NCBI GenBank assembly: GCA_965116565.1
Contig: OZ220699.1
Location: 3,658,858 to 3,722,857, forward strand
Origin: Dehalococcoidia bacterium
GTDB taxonomy: Bacteria > Chloroflexota > Dehalococcoidia > Lucifugimonadales > UBA3495
Direction of reading: 5' to 3'
Length of the DNA: 64,000 nucleotides
In this document: positions 37,146 through 46,600 of the stretch, one piece after another
Numbering within the stretch: the stretch's first letter is position 1
Layout of the letters: every line of letters starts with the position of its first letter
Position numbers and translations under genes: made by a program
The notes under the pieces: generated by a model
Databases searched by the model: none
Told to the model about the DNA's origin: nothing
Seen by the model: only the letters and a program-made list of their open reading frames with translations

Positions 37146-37613
37146 TCAGTTCCCGGCGGCGGACGACGCGGGCTCAAGTTCAATCTCCTTTAGTGGCGGC
37201 TCCAGCAAGACTACGTAGGTGGCATCGAAGGACCGCCCGAGCATCAAATGTGCAGCCCATGTGTACACGTGCGTTGCGCTGCCATCGGCGGCGGGCAATT
37301 GTGTGATCGGGAACTCGGGGTCGGCGGCGGCGGATGGCCGGAGTGCGCCCACGGGATTGTCGCTCAGGTTCCCCATTCCGAGTTCCCCGTGGTGGAACTG
37401 CGCCGTCCGCGGGTCGCCCCCGCCGCGCGCCGTCCAGGCCGCGCTGTCGTCCAACGTCCCGGAATGCGCTTCGCCGGTCTGCAACCCGGGTGAAACCCAC
37501 GTGATTATGCCCAGGATCATCGCAATCAAGAATATGGTTGCGGTTATTGAGATTGTCTGGGCCCTATCGCGCCCCGGATTCGTTCCTCGTGCTCTATTAT
37601 GGTTCGGTGACAT
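37146..37613 (-). CDS. hypothetical membrane-anchored protein
   Basis: Start placed at ATG 37613 after GGAGGAGG. One TM segment (ITATIFLIAMILGIITWV). No recognised family. Confidence 0.45.
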   Translation of the reverse strand: MSPNHNRARGTNPGRDRAQTISITATIFLIAMILGIITWVSPGLQTGEAHSGTLDDSAAWTARGGGDPRTAQFHHGELGMGNLSDNPVGALRPSAAADPEFPITQLPAADGSATHVYTWAAHLMLGRSFDATYVVLLEPPLKEIELEPASSAAGN

Positions 37614-37701
37614 GACCTCCTCCATCTGCTGCGGGTCGACGGAAAGCCTCCGACTCGCATTGAAATTCTTATATCGGATAATCATTATTGATACATACAA
37701 T

Positions 37702-37730
37702 ATATTACGGCCCATCGGCGCTGTCGTCAA
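37702..37730 (-). promoter_or_regulatory. sigma70-like promoter TTGACG-17-TAATAT
   Basis: Read on the minus strand, with exact 17-nt spacing, 89 nt upstream of ATG 37613. Confidence 0.45.
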
Positions 37731-37920
37731 TCAACTCGCTCCAATCGCCCGAACGCACGCTCACCAGTGCTCCGATCCAAATCGAACGCCATCCCGCTCA
37801 TCCCGTCCATACCGTCCATCCGTGCAAACTAAAACCGGCGACACCTCGCCGTTGCCCTTGCTTGGCTGACCTCGCTATCCTGTATTCATCTAGATAAAAC
37901 GCGCGTTAGCAACCCGATCA

Positions 37921-38221
37921 AGAGAGGCAGGACCCAAGCATCGACGGCCAACCCCGTCAGTAAAAATCGCAACCGGCCCAGGTGGCAACCGCCGCTCAAA
38001 GACCTCACTCCTCACCGGCATGAGCCCCACTGGTGTCCCCGGGACTGTCCGAGCCCGCGCGCAGGTGTGCACCAAGCGCACTGAGTACACGGAAAAGTAG
38101 GTCAAATAGTTGCGTGCCCAACCCGGCCGTACGCTGACAACGATGCGCAGATCCTGCCTCTCGCCCAATCATCCCGAAACCCAATCGACGAAACCCGAAG
38201 GAGAAACCCCACCGAAACACC
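37921..38221 (-). repeat. 301-bp repeat unit, copy 1 (inverted relative to 59664-59964)
   Basis: A hand alignment of its reverse complement to 59664-59964 gives 297/301 identities. Confidence 0.95.
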
Positions 38222-38435
38222 AAACCCAACGAACCGAAAAACCCTCTCCCATCAAAGGAGAGGGTTGGGATGGGGGTGAAAACACCGCCAAACCAGCCCC
38301 TTCCCGATGACCCGTAAACCGCAAAACGAGGGTACGGGGTCCAAAGCTGCCCCGTGCCTGGTCCCGGATCTCTGGCAGATCCGCCAGCGGAGTTTTCATG
38401 ATTCTCCCCTTCAGGCCAAAAAGGGGATTTCTCGG

Positions 38436-38464
38436 TTGCGCGCGCCCCGGCCCTGCGCCATAAT
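38436..38464 (+). promoter_or_regulatory. sigma70-like promoter TTGCGC-17-CATAAT
   Basis: Exact 17-nt spacer, 58 nt upstream of ATG 38522, which is preceded by GGGAGG. Confidence 0.35.
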
Positions 38465-38521
38465 ACGGCCACCAGGGACGCCGGGCTGGCCCGCTGTCTG
38501 CCCACACGGGAGGTACATCTC

Positions 38522-39475
38522 ATGCCACAAGCAGGGATCCCATCGGAACAGGATGTGTTGGGCTGGTTCGACAGCCTGTCCAACTGGGGCCGCTGGGGCG
38601 ACGATGACGAGCTTGGCACCCCCAACCTGATTACGCCCGAGAAAACCAGGGCCGCCCTGGCCACCGTCGAGGAAGGCCATTGCGTGTCACTCTCCCGGGA
38701 CATCACATGGGATCCCGCCGTCGACGTGCCGGCCCCGCCCGTCCATTACATGATTGAGAGCGGCGAGGGCTGGGCCACCGGCGACAAGGTCTCCAACCGC
38801 CCTTCCGCCGTGGCCATGGACTACATCGGCATGATATTCCACGGCGTTTCCGTGACCCACGTCGATAGCCTCGCCCACTTTTTCTGGAACGGCAAAACCT
38901 ACAACGGCAAACCCGCCCACATGGTCTCCACCAGCCTCGGCGCGACCGTCTGCTCCGTGGAACAGGCCCACAAGGGATTCATCACCCGCGGCGTGCTGGT
39001 CGACGTCCCGTTCGTTCGCGGGATCGATTGGGTGGAACGTGGTGAAGGCGTCATGCCCGACGATATCCTCGCCGCCGAGGAACGGTGCGGGTTCCGCATC
39101 GAACCGGGCGACGTCCTCCTCGTGCGCACCGGCCAGTTGCACCGCCGCAACGTCGAGGGGCCCGTGCCGCGCGAGGCCGGGTCCACCGCCTGCCAGGCCG
39201 CCTGCCTGCCCCTCTTCAGGGAACGCGACATCGCGGTGCTCGGCTCCGACACCGGCAACGACGTCAGCCCTCCCCAGTATCCCGGACAGTTGACCAATCC
39301 CATTCATCAGGTTTCCATCACGGCTATGGGCCTGTGGATCCTCGACAACGCCAACCTCGAAGAGGTCGCCGAGGCATGCCGGGAACGGAACCGCTGGACC
39401 TTCATGGTCAGCATCAACCCCCTGCGCATGCAGAACACCACAGGCTCCCCCGTCAACCCGGTGGCGGTGTTTTAG
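38522..39475 (+). CDS. cyclase-family protein (kynurenine-formamidase-like)
   Basis: ..GTPNLITPEK.. and ..FHGVSVTHVDSLAHFFWNGK.. are typical of the putative cyclase family. Confidence 0.7.
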   Translation: MPQAGIPSEQDVLGWFDSLSNWGRWGDDDELGTPNLITPEKTRAALATVEEGHCVSLSRDITWDPAVDVPAPPVHYMIESGEGWATGDKVSNRPSAVAMDYIGMIFHGVSVTHVDSLAHFFWNGKTYNGKPAHMVSTSLGATVCSVEQAHKGFITRGVLVDVPFVRGIDWVERGEGVMPDDILAAEERCGFRIEPGDVLLVRTGQLHRRNVEGPVPREAGSTACQAACLPLFRERDIAVLGSDTGNDVSPPQYPGQLTNPIHQVSITAMGLWILDNANLEEVAEACRERNRWTFMVSINPLRMQNTTGSPVNPVAVF

Positions 39476-39599
39476 GTCATAGTCGCCCGTCCGCGCGCCG
39501 ATTTCCTGCGTAGTACGGGAATCCGGTAAGCGCTTTCGTTAGCGCGGGCCTTGACATCAACACGTTTAAGTTCAATCATTCGTAGCTGGAGGTGCTGGT

Positions 39600-39821
39600 A
39601 TGGCTGAATCCGCCGAATCCAACGTTTCCGCCGGATCCACTGTTTCCATGGAGGACTTCAGGGCCCTGGTGCGCATAGCGGGCCTGCCCCTGGACGACGC
39701 GGAACTCGAGGAACTTCTGCCGCTCTACCAGTTTCTCAGGCAGCGCGTTGAAATGCTCCACGAGGCTGATCTGCCCCTGGGCAGTCAGGCCATGACTTTC
39801 CCCGCCGACTGGGGCCGTTAG
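39600..39821 (+). CDS. GatC/AtzG-like small protein
   Basis: 73 aa. ..FRALVRIAGLPLDDAELEELLPLYQFLRQRVEMLHEADL.. follows the GatC pattern. It lies directly upstream of an amidase-signature enzyme. Confidence 0.55.
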   Translation: MAESAESNVSAGSTVSMEDFRALVRIAGLPLDDAELEELLPLYQFLRQRVEMLHEADLPLGSQAMTFPADWGR

Positions 39822-39852
39822 GGTCTCACCCCCTCCATTCGAGGAGATTTGC

Positions 39853-41256
39853 ATGGCCGTGCCCAGCGAGTTGCACTACTTGACGATAGGCGAAGCGGCG
39901 CCGCTGATCGCCTCCGGGGAACTTTCTCCGGTGGAACTCACGCGCGCGTACTTGGCCCGCATTGACTCTATCGATGGGCAACTCGATTCCTTCGTTACCC
40001 TCACGTCGGAGTTGGCTCTATCCCAGGCCCGGCAGGCCGAGTCCGAAATACGGGCCGGCCGGTACCGTGGACCCCTCCACGGCATCCCCATCGCCCTCAA
40101 GGACCTCTACGACACCGCCGGCATCAGGACCACCGCCATGTCGCGCGTGACTCCGGACCGGGTGCCCGACGAGGACGCCACCACCGTCGCCAAGCTTTAC
40201 GAGGCCGGCGCCGTGCTCCTCGGCAAGCTGGCGATGCACGAGTTCGCCCTCGGCGGACCCGATTTCACCAGCCTGTTCCCGCCGGCGCGAAACCCGTGGA
40301 ACACCGCCCACATGCCCGGAGGCAGTAGCAGCGGTTCCGGCGCGGCGGTGGCCGCCGGCCTCTGCATGGGAGCGCTGGGTTCCGACACCGGCGGCAGCAT
40401 CAGGGGCCCTGCTTCGATGTGCGGCATCGCCGGGATCAAGCCCACGTTTGGGCGGGTCAGCAACTTCGGCGTCGTACCCCTTTCCTGGTCCCAGGACCAC
40501 TGCGGCCCGATGACCTGGACCGTGGAGGACTGCGCCATCATGCTCCAGGCCATCGCCGGGCATGACCCCAGGGATCCCACCACGGCCGACGTCCCGGTGC
40601 CCGACTACCTGGCCGCGCTCCGCGACGGCGTGCGCGGACTCACCGTAGGGGTGCCCCGGGAGTATTTCTATGAGGAAGCTCCGGGTGTGGACGTCCAGGT
40701 GATCGAGGCCGCCGAGCGCGGTTTGGAAACCCTGTCCGAGCTCGGCGCCGAAATCCGGGACGTGGAAATCCCCCACATCAAGTACGCCCAGACCGCCAAC
40801 CAGGTCATCATGATGTCCGAGGCCTACTCGTTCCATGAGGCCAACCTCAAAACCCGCCGCCAGGATTACGGCAACCTGGTCCGCAACCGTTTCCTGTTGG
40901 GCGGGCTGCTCTCCGCGTCCGACTACAACCAGGCTATGCGTATGCGTCGCGTCATCAAGGACGAAATGGCCGAAGCCCTGCGCCAGGCCGACGTGCTGGT
41001 AACCCCCACCTACGCATCTCCTGCGCCGCAGATCGAAGGGTACGCCGGCGCCACCACTCTCACACAGCCCAGCTTCACCGGACCGTTCAACGTGTCCGGG
41101 CTGCCGGCGGTTTCAACCCCCAGCGGGTTGTCCGACGCCGGGTTGCCCGTGGGACTGCAGATAGTGGGCCGGCCGTTCGACGAAGCCACGGCGTTGCGCG
41201 TGGCCCACGCCTACGAACAGGCCACTCGTTTCATCGACCGGAGGCCGCCCCTGTAA
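39853..41256 (+). CDS. amidase-signature (GatA-like) amidase
   Basis: 467 aa with GGSSSGSGAAVAAG and GSDTGGSIRGPA. Confidence 0.9.
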   Translation: MAVPSELHYLTIGEAAPLIASGELSPVELTRAYLARIDSIDGQLDSFVTLTSELALSQARQAESEIRAGRYRGPLHGIPIALKDLYDTAGIRTTAMSRVTPDRVPDEDATTVAKLYEAGAVLLGKLAMHEFALGGPDFTSLFPPARNPWNTAHMPGGSSSGSGAAVAAGLCMGALGSDTGGSIRGPASMCGIAGIKPTFGRVSNFGVVPLSWSQDHCGPMTWTVEDCAIMLQAIAGHDPRDPTTADVPVPDYLAALRDGVRGLTVGVPREYFYEEAPGVDVQVIEAAERGLETLSELGAEIRDVEIPHIKYAQTANQVIMMSEAYSFHEANLKTRRQDYGNLVRNRFLLGGLLSASDYNQAMRMRRVIKDEMAEALRQADVLVTPTYASPAPQIEGYAGATTLTQPSFTGPFNVSGLPAVSTPSGLSDAGLPVGLQIVGRPFDEATALRVAHAYEQATRFIDRRPPL

Positions 41257-41308
41257 GGACCGCTTAGGATTTTTCACAAAATCCGTACCAATCGCCAAGG
41301 CATAGTCA

Positions 41309-41337
41309 TTGACATAGTGCCGGCGCTAAGGTATTAC
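41309..41337 (+). promoter_or_regulatory. sigma70-like promoter TTGACA-17-TATTAC
   Basis: Consensus -35 box with an exact 17-nt spacer, 50 nt upstream of ATG 41387. Confidence 0.5.
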
Positions 41338-41386
41338 TCACTGCGGGTTGCAATAGGGGCCCGCAAACTATCGGAGGATTCGTTTT

Positions 41387-41542
41387 ATGACCACGCAAGT
41401 CCAGATTTTCTGCGTCAAGTGTAAGGAGAAGACCGACTCGTCAGACGTCCAGGGCGTTACCATGAAAAACGGTCGGCCGGCCACTCAGGCCATCTGCACA
41501 GTCTGCGGAACCAAGAAATTCCGTATCGGCGCCATGCCCTAG
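41387..41542 (+). CDS. 51-aa zinc-ribbon protein (DUF5679-like), absent from ORF track
   Basis: MTTQVQIFCVKCKEKTDSSDVQGVTMKNGRPATQAICTVCGTKKFRIGAMP has two CxxC pairs and GGAGG 8 nt upstream. Confidence 0.65.
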   Translation: MTTQVQIFCVKCKEKTDSSDVQGVTMKNGRPATQAICTVCGTKKFRIGAMP

Positions 41543-41792
41543 CCGACGCGTGAGGGTTCTCGGCTCTGGTTGCGAGTTTCCTCGACGACTCGCACAGTGG
41601 CCGGGCGTGCTCACAGTGAGAGCCGGATAACAAGAACGACTGCCATACAAGAATATGGGTGCCGTCAAACATCGCCCATCAACATCGATTTTCGCATACT
41701 CTGCCAGGGCCCACCCCATTTTCTCATGACCTGCTGAGCGAAAACGCCCGAGTCGTGGCGGGGTAACCGACCCTCCCGCCAACGGAAAACCT

Positions 41793-41824
41793 GGAGCGCT
41801 CCCAAGGGAGCGCTCCACTCTTTT
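41793..41824. terminator. bidirectional terminator hairpin GGAGCGCTCCC-AA-GGGAGCGCTCC
   Basis: 11-bp perfect stem with a T-run on the plus side and TTTTCC on the minus side. It lies between convergent genes. Confidence 0.6.
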
Positions 41825-41852
41825 GCGTCAACGCCCAGGCGCCGTGCGACCT

Positions 41853-43262
41853 CTAACCCGCCAGCCACCTGAGCACTCGACCGGTAAATCCGCGCGTCAG
41901 CCCGTCCAGGTATGCGTCCCACGCCACCTGCTGATTGCCCGTGCCCAGCGACGGGTACGCCTGCATCGCCCTGGCGACGTCAGCCATTTTCAAACCATGC
42001 TGCCCCGCGATCGCCCATCCCTGCAGAGTCTCCGCCGAGTTGCGTCCCACCACGGTCGCGCCCAGCACCGTCCCGTTGTCCCGGTACACCACCTTGATGA
42101 ACCCCTCGGTGCTGCCATCCGTTACCGCCCGGTCAACGGAACCCATCGGCAATGTGGACACCCGGACTTTCCCGGCGAAACGCTCCCGCGCCTGCGCCTC
42201 GGTGTAACCCACATGGGCCACCTCGGGGTCGGTGAAAGTGGCCCACGGAGGATGGGCCGGCCGCGCCCTGGAACGGCCCGGCAGCAGCATGTTGCGCACC
42301 GCCATCGCGCCCTGGTAACCGGCGTAATGGGTGAACTGGAACCCGCCCGCGCAATCCCCGGCCGCATAGATGTTCCTGGCGCCGGTCCGCAAGTGGTTGT
42401 CCACAGTTATGCCAGCCCTTGAGTACAGCACTCCGGCGGCCTCCAGGCCCATCCCGTCAACATTCGCCCGCCGACCCACCGCCACCAGCAACCCGTCCCC
42501 GACTATTTCGTCACCGGCCGCGGTCACCGAGATAGCGCCCGACTCGCCCGAACGTACTGATTCCACCGGCGCTCCCAGCCGCAGATCGACACCGTCCCGC
42601 CGCAGCGCATCCGCGACCATTTGGGCCGCCTCCGCCTCGTCGTTGGGCAGGATCCGGTCCAGCGCCTCCAGCAGCGTCACCTGCGATCCCAGGCGTTGGC
42701 ACGCCTGCGCCAGTTCACACCCTATCGGCCCGCCACCGACGACAATCAAGCGTTCCGGCAAGGATTCCTGCTGCCAGAAATTCTCGTAGGTCAGGCAAGG
42801 GGTTTCGGCAAGGCCTGGAATCGGCGGTACGAATGGAGAAGCCCCGGTACAGATGAGGAAGTGTTTGGCAGTAATTCGCCCCCCATCGACGGCTACGGTA
42901 TGGGGATCCTCAAACCGCGCTTTACCTTCGATCACGTCGATGCCCTCGGCCCGCAGCGCGTCCGGCGACTCGGCGGCGTATATCTGCTCAACAACGCTGC
43001 GTATGCGGTCCATCACCGCTGCGAAATCCACCTCCGGCTCCCCGGCGTGGATACCCAACTCTCCGCCGGTACGGATGGTGTGGGCCACTCTGGCGGCGTG
43101 CAGCAGCGCCTTGCTCGGCACACACCCCGTCCAGGTGCAGTCGCCGCCCACCCGGTTGGCCTCAATGAGCGCAACACGCCTCTCCAACCGGGCCGCAAAG
43201 CGCGCCGCCGTCAGTCCAGCCGACCCGGCCCCGATGATCGCAAGATCGTAGTCCGTAGCCAT
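41853..43262 (-). CDS. class I pyridine nucleotide-disulfide oxidoreductase (dihydrolipoyl dehydrogenase/MerA-core-like)
   Basis: DLAIIGAGSAGL plus the redox-active GGDCTWTGCVPSK motif, 469 aa. Confidence 0.8.
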   Translation of the reverse strand: MATDYDLAIIGAGSAGLTAARFAARLERRVALIEANRVGGDCTWTGCVPSKALLHAARVAHTIRTGGELGIHAGEPEVDFAAVMDRIRSVVEQIYAAESPDALRAEGIDVIEGKARFEDPHTVAVDGGRITAKHFLICTGASPFVPPIPGLAETPCLTYENFWQQESLPERLIVVGGGPIGCELAQACQRLGSQVTLLEALDRILPNDEAEAAQMVADALRRDGVDLRLGAPVESVRSGESGAISVTAAGDEIVGDGLLVAVGRRANVDGMGLEAAGVLYSRAGITVDNHLRTGARNIYAAGDCAGGFQFTHYAGYQGAMAVRNMLLPGRSRARPAHPPWATFTDPEVAHVGYTEAQARERFAGKVRVSTLPMGSVDRAVTDGSTEGFIKVVYRDNGTVLGATVVGRNSAETLQGWAIAGQHGLKMADVARAMQAYPSLGTGNQQVAWDAYLDGLTRGFTGRVLRWLAG

Positions 43263-43467
43263 GATTCGGGGAAATCTCCCAAAAAGGGCCGTGTATGTGT
43301 CAAGCCCGCGGAAAAAAGATGCGTCTCCCGCGTGCAGGAGTTCGGGAGTCGTTGCAGAAAGCTATCGTTGCGATCGTCTGGGAATCGGGTTATGAGTGCC
43401 GCGCAGGTGCATACGTCGCGGAAATGGATTTTGCGGCATTGCCCGCTTGAACCCATTATAAGGGAAT

Positions 43468-44970
43468 CTACCGCGGCCCCTTGATCTGGTCGGGCAGCCA
43501 CAGCGCCAGATCAGGAAAAACGATGATCAGCCCGATCACAATGGCCATGCACGCCATGAAGGGCAGCACCCCGATGTACACGTCGTTGATGGTGCCCGTT
43601 TCCGCTCTTTGGCCGGTCTCTGCGACCTCCTGCCTCGCCACGTCGTGACGGGCTCCCTGCAGGACGTACAGGCTGAGACCCTGCGGCGGGCTGATCTGCG
43701 CCGCCTCCAGCAGGATGATCATGATGATCCCGAACCACAGCAGGTCCACCTCCGCCGCCCGCAGCACCGGCGATATGATGGGCAGCGTCGTCAGCATCAT
43801 GGAATAGGCCTCCATGAATGTTCCCAGCAACAGGTAGAACACCACCAGGAACAGCACCAACTGCACCGTGCTCAGGTTGAAGCTGGCGACCCACTCCGCC
43901 ATGGTGACCGATATCCGCAGGTACGCAAACGCGAACTGCAGCGTGAACGCCGCCATCAGGATGAACAGGATCATCGCCGAGGAACGCGCCGCCGACACAC
44001 ACGCCTCCATCGTCATTTTCACGATGAACCGGCAGTAGTTGCGGAAGTGCTCGCCGTTGAACCGGTATTCCTCCCGCCAGCTTTCCAGCGTCCTCCGCAC
44101 CTCGGGCGATATCTGCGCCGCGATCCCCAGGCTCAGCACAAATTCTGCGATGTTTCCTGCGAACAATCTCACGAAGTTGTAGATGATCGCCAGCGCCAGC
44201 GCTCCGGTCACTCCAAATCCGGCCGCCTCTGATGGAGTCGCCCACCCGAAATAAATGCTGCCCAGCACGATGAAAATCAGCGCCAGCACCGGCACCATCA
44301 GCACGGTGAACAGCAGCCGCTCGACCCAACCCTCCCAACTCCAGAACCGCGCCCCGGTTTGCCTCGGCGCAACGGCCGGCCAGATCACCGACGCAACCCC
44401 GATCATCAGCATGAACACGCCGGCCAGCAGTATCCCCGGGATGAAACCCGCGAGGAACAGTCTGCCAATCGACTCGCCAACCGTCAGGCCATACAGCACC
44501 AGCAGGATGCTGGGCGGAATCAGGATGCCCAGCGTGCCGCCGGCCGCCAGCGAGCCCACCACCAATCGTTCCTGGTAGCCCTGTGCCCGGAATGACGGCA
44601 GCGCGACCCTGCTGACGGTGGCCGCCGTGGCGATGCTGGACCCCGCGCACGCCGCGAACACCGCGCAACTGGCGATGTTGGTGTGCATCAGCCCGCCCGG
44701 TATGAAGTCCACCCAGCGGGACAGCGCGCGATACATCAGGTTGGCAAACCCGCCCCGCAGTACGATTTCACCCATCAATATAAAGAGCGGGATCGCCACC
44801 AGGTTTACGTTGGTGTTGGTTTCCCACGCCCGGTTCCCCATGATGTTCCACACCGGGTTGTCGGAGAAAACTTGCAGCAGGATCAGCGCCAGCGATCCCA
44901 ACGCGCCGGCCACGTACAGGCCCGCGAAGAACATGGCACCCATGAGGATGAATGCGATGGAGATCAGCAT
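43468..44970 (-). CDS. TRAP transporter large permease (DctM family)
   Basis: 500-aa polytopic ORF with ..AIPLFILMGEI.. and GGLMHTNIASCAVFAACAGSS. No DctQ or DctP is adjacent. Confidence 0.75.
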   Translation of the reverse strand: MLISIAFILMGAMFFAGLYVAGALGSLALILLQVFSDNPVWNIMGNRAWETNTNVNLVAIPLFILMGEIVLRGGFANLMYRALSRWVDFIPGGLMHTNIASCAVFAACAGSSIATAATVSRVALPSFRAQGYQERLVVGSLAAGGTLGILIPPSILLVLYGLTVGESIGRLFLAGFIPGILLAGVFMLMIGVASVIWPAVAPRQTGARFWSWEGWVERLLFTVLMVPVLALIFIVLGSIYFGWATPSEAAGFGVTGALALAIIYNFVRLFAGNIAEFVLSLGIAAQISPEVRRTLESWREEYRFNGEHFRNYCRFIVKMTMEACVSAARSSAMILFILMAAFTLQFAFAYLRISVTMAEWVASFNLSTVQLVLFLVVFYLLLGTFMEAYSMMLTTLPIISPVLRAAEVDLLWFGIIMIILLEAAQISPPQGLSLYVLQGARHDVARQEVAETGQRAETGTINDVYIGVLPFMACMAIVIGLIIVFPDLALWLPDQIKGPR

Positions 44971-45010
44971 TGGTCAACTGAGGTTTGATGGGACCTGGAT
45001 TGGTCGGCAC

Positions 45011-45062
45011 ACAAAAACCCCGTCGCCTGGTCCACGCAAGCCTCCGGCTAGCGGCGACGGGG
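45011..45062 (-). terminator. possible terminator (CCCCGTCGCC..GGCGACGGGG stem, T-run on minus strand)
   Basis: 10-bp stem with a 25-nt loop, followed on the minus strand by TTTTTGT, downstream of gene 45163-45522. Confidence 0.3.
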
Positions 45063-45162
45063 TAAGTAGCCCGCGCATAATAGCCGACACGGTGACCGGT
45101 GTCCATAAACTCCCCACCTCACGCGCACGCGTACCCGTACCCACATTGGGGAATGGTCATGG

Positions 45163-45522
45163 CTATGGGGCTGGGCAAGGCAGATCCCAGCGGAGCAAGG
45201 CGCGGTAGCGGTCGCGGCTGGCCCAGGGGAGGAGTTTGCAGACGATGGATTCGGGGTCGGGAATATCGCCCTGACGTCGAGCGACGTCCAGGTAGCGGCG
45301 GAGTCGGATAAAGGCGCTCAGGAGAAAGCCGGCGTTGGCGATGCGCTGGATGACTTCGGCCGGCTCAGGAGGTTCGGCGGGAGTCCAATCGTCGGCGACG
45401 GCCTCGGCGATGCGGCGGAGTTTGATGATGGCGAGCTCTGGGGCGAATCTGCGTTTGAGGGCCTTGATCATACGGCGGAGTTGCGAGAGGGTCATGGGGT
45501 TGCCTCCCGAGGGAGCAAGCAT
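45163..45522 (-). CDS. hypothetical protein
   Basis: 119-aa ORF (or 110 aa from MTLSQL at 45495). Helical and R-rich, with no family recognised. Confidence 0.35.
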   Translation of the reverse strand: MLAPSGGNPMTLSQLRRMIKALKRRFAPELAIIKLRRIAEAVADDWTPAEPPEPAEVIQRIANAGFLLSAFIRLRRYLDVARRQGDIPDPESIVCKLLPWASRDRYRALLRWDLPCPAP

Positions 45523-46047
45523 CGGGATCGGGGGATGGTGGCGCCCCGCATCAAGTACGGGGTGACCCCGTGTCGGGCAAGGGAAGGCTGTTATTTTGCG
45601 GAAATCCCGCTCATTTCCGTTCGGTTGAGCAGGGCGGGTGGCGGGGGGCGCGATGGGGGCGGCGAGGGCGGTTTTGAGCGGGATTTCGGTGGTTTTGGCG
45701 GGCTGGCGGGAGGATTTGGGGGAAGATGTTCAGGATGGCTCGCGACGGTCAGAATTGTGATTACCGAGATCAGAGGATTTTCAGGATTGAGTTTGTCCGG
45801 TGATTTGGATTGGGGCGATTGGACAGTTAGATGGCAAGGAAGAGCGGAGAGCAGGAGCAAGGTGGAGATGTCAGGAGATAGACGGTTGGGGGCACGCTGG
45901 CAGCGGTCGGACAGATCCGGATTCCGGCGGCTCCCATCGCAAGGTGGGCACGGGTGAGACTCTCCACAGGGCGACCGATTACATTCTTTGACATGAGTCC
46001 CGGCATGCATGACACCTGGATTACGACCGTCGGACCGACAATTTTCA

Positions 46048-46070
46048 GGGGCAGGTTTGATACCTGCCCC
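46048..46070. repeat. REP hairpin variant GGGGCAGGTTTGATACCTGCCCC
   Basis: Same architecture as GGGGCGGGTTTGAAACCCGCCCC, with paired stem substitutions (C-G to A-T). Confidence 0.6.
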
Positions 46071-46143
46071 CACGAAGCAAACGGAATCGTTCTACGAGTC
46101 AGGGTTTCTCTACCTCAACCCTCCTTGCGCTCGTTGGGAAGAG

Positions 46144-46488
46144 TTACTTGCCGTCGTCGATGCTGACGGTGATGATCGCGTTGGCGATGAGAGTGCCGTC
46201 GCTGCCGTCCTCGTTGAGCAGTTGAAGGCCGCCTACCACCACGTCGACGTTCGCGCGCCCGTGGGGCAGCGAGTCTGCCACCTCGTCGGCGTTCACCTTG
46301 TCGGGTTCGGGCGCGCCGATGGTCACGTTGACCGTCATGTCATCGGCGGTCGCACCGACCAGGCGGGTGAAACCAAGGCTGCTGTGGTGAATGGCATCGA
46401 AGACGGCCCGCTTGGCCGCCAAGGTGTAGTCGAGGCCATGGACGTCCACGCCCATGCCCATCTCGGTTACGCAACGCACGAGAGCCAT
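46144..46488 (-). CDS. Lin0512-family conserved hypothetical protein
   Basis: ..EMGMGVDVHGLDYTLAAKRAVFDAIHHSSL.. matches my memory of the Lin0512_fam signature (E.GMG.D.HG.d.T.AA.RA..dAI). Confidence 0.55.
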   Translation of the reverse strand: MALVRCVTEMGMGVDVHGLDYTLAAKRAVFDAIHHSSLGFTRLVGATADDMTVNVTIGAPEPDKVNADEVADSLPHGRANVDVVVGGLQLLNEDGSDGTLIANAIITVSIDDGK

Positions 46489-46600
46489 GCTGAAACCTCC
46501 TGTGTATCGGGGAGTTGGCTGCGGCCATTTAACGGCAGCGGCAACGGCAAGTCAAGCGAGTATGCTATAATGCCGCCACCCAACGGACAGGACTAAAATC

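Noticed and set aside
38169-38507. Minus-strand ORF with a good RBS (GGGGAG before ATG 38399, MKTPLADLPEIRDQARG..) that reads through a REP hairpin into the repeat leader. It ends ..CFGGVSPSGFVDWVSG*. The copy 2 ORF 59516-59716 ends identically. The single substitution there changes TAA to TGA, so the stop is preserved.
   Set aside because: Only the repeat-encoded tail is shared between the two ORFs, and GT-rich DNA trivially encodes G/V/F/W. Stop preservation from a single substitution is not significant. I keep it as a note rather than a call.
46144-46488. Initial guess that this 114-aa protein was a dodecin.
   Set aside because: The E.GMG.D.HG..T.AA.RA..DAI signature fits my recollection of the Lin0512 family instead.
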